A DNA stretch of 64,000 nucleotides from an uncultured Spirochaetota bacterium (lineage in GTDB: Bacteria > Spirochaetota > Brevinematia > Brevinematales > JAOACQ01): the NCBI GenBank assembly GCA_963783575.1, contig CAWAOD010000018.1:140210-204209 (forward strand), written 5' to 3'. Made by a program: the position numbers and the translations under genes. Below the pieces are notes generated by a model that had not been told where the DNA came from, did not search any database, and saw nothing but the letters and a program-made list of their open reading frames with translations. Numbering within the stretch: position 1 is the stretch's first letter; each line of letters opens with the position of its first letter. Shown one piece after another: positions 19,669 to 27,697 of the stretch.

Positions 19669-20430
19669 TCATATTTTTTCACAAAAGTAAATGTCTTCAT
19701 CTTTTAACAAACCGAATTTCTCTATTATCTGTGTCCCGAGACTTTCGGCGTATTTATCAACCTTGACCCTGAATCCTGCCAATTCAAGTTTATTCTTGTA
19801 ATCCAGACCATATATCCGGACATGATCACGTAAACCGAAATATTTTTCCCTCTCTTTCGGGTTTGTTATATTTGGGTCCTCAAATGTTACATTCCTTGTA
19901 GAATCAAGAGGTACCTGGAGAATTGCCCAGCCGCCTTTCTTAAGAACACGAAAAAGCTCCAGCATCGCTTTCCGGTCCTCAGGAATATGCTCAAGAACAT
20001 GGCTGCAAATGATTACATCAAAAGTATTATCGGCATATGGAATATCAGTGATATCAATTTTTTCCATTGCCATTAAAAGACTCAAGTCCGCACTTACATA
20101 ATCAATATTCGGCATATCCAAAAACCTATCCTCAAAAACAAATTCCGGGGCAAAGTGCAGAAGCTTTAAATTATGCAAAAAAAGATTGGTTTTCTCAAGG
20201 AAATAAAGCCAGAGTAAACGGTGCCTTTCAAAGCTAGCACATTTTGGGCAAACCTTTACAATAAAAAAGGGAGTACGGTACATTGAAAAAGCCCTGAATT
20301 TACCGTTGCAGCATGGACATTCATATTTATTTCCCCAAAAAAACATCGCTCTCAATTGATAATAAAATTTTAAAGGTAAAAATGAAACTTTAATCCATTT
20401 CTTTTTATTCATTTTTTCTGGTTCAGTCAT
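19669..20430 (-). CDS. Class I SAM-dependent methyltransferase (Methyltransf_11-like) with N-terminal Cys motifs
   Basis: CPCC...CPKCASFERHR, LHFAPE, FDVIICSHVLEHI...RVLKKGG motifs. Confidence 0.88.
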   Translation of the reverse strand: MTEPEKMNKKKWIKVSFLPLKFYYQLRAMFFWGNKYECPCCNGKFRAFSMYRTPFFIVKVCPKCASFERHRLLWLYFLEKTNLFLHNLKLLHFAPEFVFEDRFLDMPNIDYVSADLSLLMAMEKIDITDIPYADNTFDVIICSHVLEHIPEDRKAMLELFRVLKKGGWAILQVPLDSTRNVTFEDPNITNPKEREKYFGLRDHVRIYGLDYKNKLELAGFRVKVDKYAESLGTQIIEKFGLLKDEDIYFCEKI

Positions 20431-20553
20431 ATATCACCCCTAATTCTGAAAATTTTAACTGATGAAAATGAAAGAATCAATAAATTAAGGAACATAATAT
20501 TGCTTTTTCATTGAAAATTATTTAGATTAATAATAATTTCGTGGGAGGTTTAC

Positions 20554-21261
20554 ATGAAGTATTTGATATTTAGCTTGATTTTATCAGGGCTATCAAGCTT
20601 TGTTTTCCCGGAAGCAACCCTTGAACAATCCAAGAAGATTGTCAACAATATTACCTGGTTCGGACAATCGGGATTTTAAATCAGGGGAGAAGGTAAAACT
20701 ATTTATATTGATCCATACCGGATTAAAAATATTGACAAGGCCGACATAATCCTGATAACTCACAGTCATATGGATCATTTTGACAAAACCAGCATATCAA
20801 AATTAGCAGCATCCAATACTGTTTTCCTTGCACCTAAAGATATTGCTGGCGATTTGGGAAAAAATTCCATAGCAGTTGAACCGGGATTAGAAACCAATAT
20901 AATGGGAATTATTATTGAGACGGTACCCGCATATAATATCGTAAAAAAATCATTTCATCCGAAGGAAAATAAATGGGTTGGTTATATTGTAACAGTAAAT
21001 GGTGTAAGAATTTACCATGCCGGAGACACTGAAAGGATTCCTGAAATGAAAAATTTCAAATGTGACATTGCATTATTGCCGCTCGGGCAGACATATACAA
21101 TGAACAGCGTTGATGAAGCTGCCGGGGCTGCGCTGGATGTGAAAGCAAAAATTGCCATACCGATGCACTTTGGAATGTATGAGGGATCGGTAGCTGACGC
21201 GGCTAAATTTGGTGAACTTTTAAAGGATAAAATAGATGTATTTATATTAGTAAAAAAATAA
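20554..21261 (+). pseudogene. Secreted MBL-fold metallo-hydrolase interrupted by an in-frame TAA (20677-20679); pseudogene or base-calling error
   Basis: ATG at 20554 after a ggagg RBS. WFGQSGF*IRGEGKTIYIDPY continues in the same frame to THSHMDH, YHAGDT and IPMHFG. Confidence 0.8.
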
Positions 21262-21391
21262 TATCTGTTTATTCTAAAAAAGACCTTCGTAAATTTTCTT
21301 ACGCTGACAAATAAGAAAAATTATCCATAAATTTCATTTTTTTATTTTACAGTTTTAGGGAAGTATAAAATAAAAAAAGTCTAGATTACTA

Positions 21392-21433
21392 TTGACAAGA
21401 CGAATTCATTTGTTGTATAATTTATACAACAAA
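21392..21433 (+). promoter_or_regulatory. Sigma70-type promoter overlapped by a perfect 12-1-12 palindromic operator
   Basis: ttgaca (21392-21397), 18-bp spacer, tataat (21416-21421). Palindrome tttgttgtataa-t-ttatacaacaaa at 21409-21433. Confidence 0.8.
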
Positions 21434-21447
21434 ATTAGGAATAAATA

Positions 21448-22243
21448 ATGGATGATTTAATTGATAATTTAACATTATTTCATTTCAGTAAAATTGAGGC
21501 CGAAATCTATCTCTGTCTGTTAAAAAACCGGGAAATGAACGGCTCCCAGATAGCAAGGCAGATTAATAAACCAAGAACAACCGTTTATATGTCCCTGGAC
21601 AGTTTATACAAAAAAGGCGCAGTTTTCATGCTTCCCGGGGAACCAGTTTATTACAAACCTCAGGATCCAAAAATCCTGATCGAAAATTTGAAAAAAGTAT
21701 ATTCCAATTCATTTTCCATTCTGGAAAAGAAGCTTGAAAATTTCGATATCTACAGCTCCGAAGATCAATTCTGGAATTTAAAGGGATTCAACAATATTAT
21801 TTCAAAAGCGAATGAACTTTTCAGTAATGCAGAAAAAGAGGTTTTTATCAATACAAATCTCGATCTCCACCTTTTTAAAGAAAATCTAAAAAAGCTCTCT
21901 GAAAATAATATAAGGATTATCATTTTTTCTTTTTCATGACCTTGATCTTGATGGTTTAAATGCTGAATTTTATCATAATCCAAGAAGGGTTGTTGAGATT
22001 CCATATAGAAGGCTTATGGTTGTCATAGATGAAAAAAAGGTTTTAATTGCAAGCGGTAATGAAATGGGAGAATATCTGGCTACATTTTCCGAGAATTTCT
22101 TCCTGGTTTCAATAATCCTGGAACATATTCATAATGATATATATCTAAATAAAATAGATCAGAAATATGGAAATCATTTACTGGATAAAGAAATAAAGAT
22201 ACACAGTATTTTTGAAAAAAAAGTCATTTCTATTGGAAAATAA
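21448..22243 (+). pseudogene. TrmB-family transcriptional regulator split by a +1 frameshift near 21931-21934
   Basis: N-terminal TrmB HTH (EAEIYLCLL...PRTTVYMSLDSLYKKG). Removing one T from the T-run joins it to FSFHDLDLDG...RRLMVVIDEKKVL. Confidence 0.8.
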
Positions 22244-22334
22244 AAATTATTTGATGGAGGTTCTTATGTAAATAAAATTTATAGAGGTTATACGTGTAAA
22301 AGGGGTATTTATGTATTAAACGAGGAGGAATATT

Positions 22335-23579
22335 ATGAGAAAATATTGGAAAAAAATGATTTCTTTGGCGATTTTAGCGGTATTTTTTGGGGGAATGATT
22401 TATGCCGACACTGTAAAACTTGATGTTTTTTTCTACAAACAGGAAATTAAAGATGCACTGAAAAAAATGGGTGATGTTTTCACGCAAAAAAATCCCAATA
22501 TTACTGTCGAGTTCGAAATGATACCGAATGACAGTATGACGGTACTTAAAACCAGGATGTCAGGCGGGCAGGCTCCGACACTTATCCAGCTGCAATCCTA
22601 TTCGGCGGTATTTGAGTTTGCCAAGGCCGGGTGGCTTCTTGACCTGTCAAAGGAACCGGTTATGTCAAAAGTGGTTGACAGCGCAAAAGGCGCCGTTACA
22701 TATAAAGGTAAACAGTATTCACTGCCTATGGATCTTGCCGGAATAGGCATTATCTATAACAAAGATATTTTTGATAAATATAATCTGAAACCCCCTGTAA
22801 CATTCTCAGATTTGAAAGCAGTTTGCGCGGCTCTAAAGAAAAACGGCATAACTCCATTCGCATCAATGTTCAAGCCAAACTGGTCCGTAGGGCATTTTAT
22901 TTCGATGGTACATACATCGCTTACCGGTTCAAAGCTGATGCCCTGGATGGACTCTATGAACTCAGGCAAAGGCTCCTTCGCTGATCCGATTAACAAAGAC
23001 GATCTTTTTAAGATCATCGATTTTTATAAAGACAATTCCGACCCAAAGGCAGCGGAATTTGACTGGAACGAACAGCAGGCATCCTTCGCGAAAGGCGAAG
23101 CGGCAATGATGGTGCAGGGTTTATGGTCTTACGGTGCCGCTATTTCAACAAACCCTAAACTTAATTGCGGCTTTATTGCTTTTCCCTGCACAGATAATCC
23201 GAAAGATTCAAAGCTTTTTGCGGATGTTGATTCAACTTTCGCAATATCCGCGACAGCAAGCCCGGATAAAATGAGTGCGGCAAAAACCTTCCTTGAATGG
23301 CTGTCTTCTCCCGAAGCTATAAAAATGTGGATTGAGGACTGCAAGCTTGTACCTACATTCAAAGGGGCCAATGTTAAATCAATGCAGCAGCCTTTCCAGG
23401 ATCTTGTCGGCTATGTCGGTAAGGGAGATGTAAACCCCTGGGCTTTCTCGATGTACCCTGTAGCCGTATTTGAGGATGGATGTAAAAACGGAACACAGGA
23501 ATACATTTTAGGCAGAAAGAACGCCGACCAGGTTATAGCCTATATCGATGATTTGTGGAAACAAAATACCGGTAAGTAA
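22335..23579 (+). CDS. Sugar ABC transporter substrate-binding protein (MsmE-like)
   Basis: Signal peptide, GIIYNKDIFDKY and FAKGEAAMMVQGLW motifs. Confidence 0.92.
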   Translation: MRKYWKKMISLAILAVFFGGMIYADTVKLDVFFYKQEIKDALKKMGDVFTQKNPNITVEFEMIPNDSMTVLKTRMSGGQAPTLIQLQSYSAVFEFAKAGWLLDLSKEPVMSKVVDSAKGAVTYKGKQYSLPMDLAGIGIIYNKDIFDKYNLKPPVTFSDLKAVCAALKKNGITPFASMFKPNWSVGHFISMVHTSLTGSKLMPWMDSMNSGKGSFADPINKDDLFKIIDFYKDNSDPKAAEFDWNEQQASFAKGEAAMMVQGLWSYGAAISTNPKLNCGFIAFPCTDNPKDSKLFADVDSTFAISATASPDKMSAAKTFLEWLSSPEAIKMWIEDCKLVPTFKGANVKSMQQPFQDLVGYVGKGDVNPWAFSMYPVAVFEDGCKNGTQEYILGRKNADQVIAYIDDLWKQNTGK

Positions 23580-23610
23580 TTATCAATATTTATATTACAA
23601 GATTTTTAAT

Positions 23611-23645
23611 AAAGAATAAGCGGGTGTAAATCCGCTTATTCTTTA
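23611..23645 (+). terminator. Stem-loop between SBP and permease genes (attenuator or mRNA stabiliser)
   Basis: aaagaataagcgg gtgtaaat ccgcttattcttt. Confidence 0.7.
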
Positions 23646-23665
23646 ATTTATTTTTGGAGGAGACT

Positions 23666-25006
23666 ATGGTAACCTCAAAAAAGAAAACTGTTTTTTATTT
23701 TATTGTATTTTTATTCCCCGCGATTTTTCTTTATATGATTTTTTTTATCAGCCCTCTGATACGCGGAGTTCAATACTCCTTTACAGACTGGAACGGCGTA
23801 GCTCCTGAACTTCCTTTCAATATGGATAAAAATGATTTTAATAATAATGTTATCCAAAAATTAAAAGACAAAAATAAAATTGAATATTTAATGAAGTATT
23901 ATACATTAAACGATAGCGCAGACACCTATAATCTTAAACAGTGGCTGACTGAAACAAATGGTGATAAAATTACAACAAGACCGATTGGAAACGGTGAAAA
24001 AAACAGGCTGAAAAGCATTTTTAATTCGGTTGGTATTTCTTCGATTAAATTCGTCGGTTTAAATAACTTCATTGAAATGTTCCAGAAGGATATGAGATTC
24101 AAGCCAAGGATAGAAAAAAGATATTTATTCAAGGAATATAATGATCTCCCTGCAGAAGTTGATTCATCATTCAGGGCTCATTTAATCGGGCACATTAAGG
24201 ATAAAGATGACAAGGACTTTGTGCTAGCAAAGTATAGTTATGATAATAAAAATAAAAAATATACACTCATTGAAAATCTTACAACGGATGAAATAGCCAG
24301 GCTAAAAAAAATTCTAAGCCGGAATATGTATGAAATTCAATTCACTTACGGTGTTATTGGTTTTACTCTTCTTTTTACTATACTGAACGTAACTTTTGCA
24401 AATATTCTTGCATTGCTGCTCGCGCTTATTCTTGATCAAAAGCTGAAAACAAAAAACACACTCAGGTCCATTTTCTTCCTGCCCAATGTCTTAAGCCTTG
24501 TGATCGTTGCTTTTGTATGGTCGTTTATTTTCAATTTAATACTGCCGAAATTAACCGGAATACAGATCTGGCTTGGAAGCCCTGATCTGGCTCCCTTTGC
24601 AGTAATTATTGTTACGGTATGGCAGGGGTGCGGGTATCTGATGATTATTTATCTTGCAGGTCTGCAGACAATCCCTCAGGAAATTATTGAGGTCTCCGAA
24701 ATAGACGGAGCCGGCGGTTTACAGAGGCTTTTTTATATAACTTTGCCGCTTTTACTGCCGTCCGCAACAATTTGCATTTTCTACAGTCTGTCCAGTTCTT
24801 TAAAAGCATTCGATGCCATTTATGCCATGACCAGCGGCGGTCCGGCTTACTCGACAACAAATATTGTCATTGATATTTATAATAACGCGTTTCTACAGAA
24901 CAGGTTCGGTTACGCTACCGCCAAAGCAATTTTACTCTGTCTGATTATTATGCTGATCACAGGAATTCAACTTAATTATATGAAAAGAAAGGAGGTTGAA
25001 TTATGA
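23666..25006 (+). CDS. Sugar ABC transporter permease (MalF/MsmF-like) with large extramembrane insertion
   Basis: YSFTDWNG, FVGLNNF and EAA loop (YLAGLQTIPQEIIEVSEIDGA). Long hydrophilic inserts. Confidence 0.9.
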   Translation: MVTSKKKTVFYFIVFLFPAIFLYMIFFISPLIRGVQYSFTDWNGVAPELPFNMDKNDFNNNVIQKLKDKNKIEYLMKYYTLNDSADTYNLKQWLTETNGDKITTRPIGNGEKNRLKSIFNSVGISSIKFVGLNNFIEMFQKDMRFKPRIEKRYLFKEYNDLPAEVDSSFRAHLIGHIKDKDDKDFVLAKYSYDNKNKKYTLIENLTTDEIARLKKILSRNMYEIQFTYGVIGFTLLFTILNVTFANILALLLALILDQKLKTKNTLRSIFFLPNVLSLVIVAFVWSFIFNLILPKLTGIQIWLGSPDLAPFAVIIVTVWQGCGYLMIIYLAGLQTIPQEIIEVSEIDGAGGLQRLFYITLPLLLPSATICIFYSLSSSLKAFDAIYAMTSGGPAYSTTNIVIDIYNNAFLQNRFGYATAKAILLCLIIMLITGIQLNYMKRKEVEL

Positions 25007-25869
25007 TATCAAAACCTTCAATTACAAATCAGGAAACAATAATTGTTATAAAACCAAAAATAAATATACCGATGATTTCAGTTGAAATCCTGATGTGGGC
25101 CGCAGCCATAATATTTCTTTTCCCGGCTCTTCTTACACTGCTGGATTCATTTAAAACAGACGCGCAGATAATACTCAACCCTGTTTCAATTCCGTTATCT
25201 ATCCATATTGACAATTATATCGATGCATGGAAGGCAACAAGGTTTCCCATAGTCCTGGCAAATACTTTCATAATAACTGTTCTAAGCACTGCAGGCATTA
25301 TACTTTTCAGCTCAATGGCGGCATATATTCTTGTCAGGACAAAATCCAAATGGAGCTGGGTCATATTTCTTTTCTTTACATTTTCAATGATCGTGCCATT
25401 TCAGACAATTATGATCCCACTTGTCCAGACTGCAAAGGATTTTAACCTGAAAAGCGTCCCGGGGATTATTCCAATTTATATTGGCTTGGGTTGTCCGCTG
25501 TCAATATTTATGTATCATGGCTTTATTAAAGGGATTCCTATCGAGCTTGAAGAGGCTGCCGCTATTGACGGAGCTTCAACTTTCAGGATATTCTTTACGG
25601 TGGTTTATCCTCTTCTTCTGCCGGTTACAGCTACTGTGGCAATATTAAACGCGCTCTGGCTATGGAATGATTTTCTTCTTCCTTTGATAATTCTTCCAAA
25701 GCAGACTACACTTCAGCTGGCGCAATTCGGATTTTTCAGCCAGTTCAAAAGAGAATATGGAATGGCAATGGCATCCCTGGTTCTTTCAGCGTCTCCGATA
25801 GTAATCTTTTATATTTTGATGCAGAAATATATTATAAAGGGCATTACCGCTGGCGCTGTTAAAGGTTGA
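25003..25869 (+). CDS. Sugar ABC transporter permease (MalG/MsmG-like)
   Basis: IPIELEEAAAIDGA EAA loop, WNDFLLPL, QKYIIKGITAGAVKG. Confidence 0.93.
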   Translation: MISKPSITNQETIIVIKPKINIPMISVEILMWAAAIIFLFPALLTLLDSFKTDAQIILNPVSIPLSIHIDNYIDAWKATRFPIVLANTFIITVLSTAGIILFSSMAAYILVRTKSKWSWVIFLFFTFSMIVPFQTIMIPLVQTAKDFNLKSVPGIIPIYIGLGCPLSIFMYHGFIKGIPIELEEAAAIDGASTFRIFFTVVYPLLLPVTATVAILNALWLWNDFLLPLIILPKQTTLQLAQFGFFSQFKREYGMAMASLVLSASPIVIFYILMQKYIIKGITAGAVKG

Positions 25870-26029
25870 AGGCAGCATATCAACTCAAGTCAAATTGGCC
25901 GCCGAAATATCAATCAATGCTTTTTGTAAGCTTCTCGTCTTATCTCCCCATTTGCTTTTTATTTAATAAAATACTAAATTTGATTATAGGCAAATAAGCT
26001 ATTATGCGTAAACCCCTGGGGAGGTTATT

Positions 26030-26725
26030 ATGAAACTATATACAGGAACAAGCGGGTTCAGCTACAAAGAATGGATTGGTAATTTTTATCCCGAAGACAT
26101 AAAGCCGGCAGATATGCTCGGATATTATGCAGGACAGCTTGGAATTGTCGAGATAAACAATACCTTTTACAGAATGCCGAAAAAAGAGGTCCTGGAGCAT
26201 TGGAAAGAGGAGACCCCCGGGGATTTTTTATTCAGCATCAAGGCGTCACAGAAGATAACCCATAAGAAGATGCTGTCAAACGCGGAAGAGGAGACAAACT
26301 ATCTTCTGGAAAACCTGAAAGTCCTGGAAAAAAGTCTTGGAGCCATCCTCTTCCAGTTCCCGCCCTGGTTTAAAAAAAACAGCGAGCGTCTTTCAAATTT
26401 CCTGGCAATTCTACCGCAGGATATTCCCACTGTCTTTGAGTTCCGTGACGACACATGGTATGATGATGATATTGCCGGACTCTTAAAGAAACGTAATTTC
26501 ATATTCTGCTTCAGTGATATGGATGAAAAAAAAACGCCGGAGATCATCAGTACAGCGAACTGGGGATATCTCAGGCTCAGGCGGCAAGAATATTCGGACG
26601 AAGACCTAAAAATTTGGGTAAAGGTTATCAAGGCACGGGATTGGGAAAAGGTGCTGGTTTTTTTTAAGCATGAGGACGCGGGGAGCGGCCCGGTGCTTGC
26701 GAAGAAATTTGCCGAAATGTTTTGA
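26030..26725 (+). CDS. DUF72 (UPF0759/YecE) family protein
   Basis: GTSGFSYKEW, VEINNTFY, LFQFPP, EFRDDTW and YLRLR motifs. Confidence 0.92.
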   Translation: MKLYTGTSGFSYKEWIGNFYPEDIKPADMLGYYAGQLGIVEINNTFYRMPKKEVLEHWKEETPGDFLFSIKASQKITHKKMLSNAEEETNYLLENLKVLEKSLGAILFQFPPWFKKNSERLSNFLAILPQDIPTVFEFRDDTWYDDDIAGLLKKRNFIFCFSDMDEKKTPEIISTANWGYLRLRRQEYSDEDLKIWVKVIKARDWEKVLVFFKHEDAGSGPVLAKKFAEMF

Positions 26726-26731
26726 GGAAAG

Positions 26732-26804
26732 GGACACCAAAGGGATGGAAACCCTTTTATTGGGGGTGTCAAGAGGACTTCAAGTCCTTTGGCAGGGTCA
26801 GGGG
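26732..26804. repeat. GC-rich double-hairpin intergenic element (REP-like)
   Basis: gacacc-aaaggg...cccttt-ggtgtc hairpin overlapping a tgtcaagaggac-ttcaa-gtcctttggca hairpin. Confidence 0.55.
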
Positions 26805-26835
26805 ATCATTTAAATCTATGCAGAGGAGGTAAATT

Positions 26836-27684
26836 ATGCCGCATCCTATCTGGAAGGGTCATATAGCTTTCGGGCTGGTCAGTATACCGGTTACTCTTTT
26901 TACTGCGATAAACGAATCCAGTAAAGCTCCGGCTTTTCATTTTATTGATAAACGTAACAATAAACGAGTTAAAAACTTGAGAATAAACGAGGAAACCGGC
27001 GAGGAAGTACCCTGGGAGGAAGTCGTCAAGGGGTATGAATATGAAAAGGACAAATTCGTTATCCTTAGCGATGCCGATTTTGACAGTGCCGCCGTTGAAG
27101 CCAACCAGGTCATAAATATCGAGGATTTTGTGGATCGGGCTGAAATAAGTCCCATGCTGTATCATAAACCTTATTACCTGGTCAGCGAAAAAAAGGATGA
27201 AAAGGGATATGTCCTTCTTAGGGAAATTTTAAAAAAAACAAATAAGGTGGGAATCGCCAGGGTTGTTATCAGCAAGAGGCAATACCTGTCCGCAATTATT
27301 CCCCTGGATAACGCGCTGGTTATGGAACTATTATTGTTCAATAATGAAATTAAGGAATTAAAGGAATTTGAATTCCCGGGAGAATCTCCGGTAAAAGCAA
27401 AAATCAGCGAAAGCGAAATGAATATTGCAGAGAAACTGATTGAAATGATGAGCGGTAGCTGGCAGCCTGAAAAATATCAGGATGATTACACTGAAAACCT
27501 CTACCGGCTGATCGACAAAAAAATCAAACAACCGAAAGCTGTTATTCGGGCGGGTAAAGTTCGAGTGGTTTCCGAATACACCGATTTTATGGATATATTG
27601 AAAAAGAGCGTCGAGCAAAAAGAGAAAATAATTAATATTGCTAATACTGGTAAAAACGGAAAAAACCGTAAAAAGACTGCCTGA
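26836..27684 (+). CDS. ku: NHEJ DNA end-binding protein Ku
   Basis: IWKGHIAFGLVSIPV, VKGYEYEK, KPYYL and WQPEKYQDDY motifs, basic C-terminal tail. Confidence 0.96.
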   Translation: MPHPIWKGHIAFGLVSIPVTLFTAINESSKAPAFHFIDKRNNKRVKNLRINEETGEEVPWEEVVKGYEYEKDKFVILSDADFDSAAVEANQVINIEDFVDRAEISPMLYHKPYYLVSEKKDEKGYVLLREILKKTNKVGIARVVISKRQYLSAIIPLDNALVMELLLFNNEIKELKEFEFPGESPVKAKISESEMNIAEKLIEMMSGSWQPEKYQDDYTENLYRLIDKKIKQPKAVIRAGKVRVVSEYTDFMDILKKSVEQKEKIINIANTGKNGKNRKKTA

Positions 27685-27697
27685 AAGGAGTATAGAA

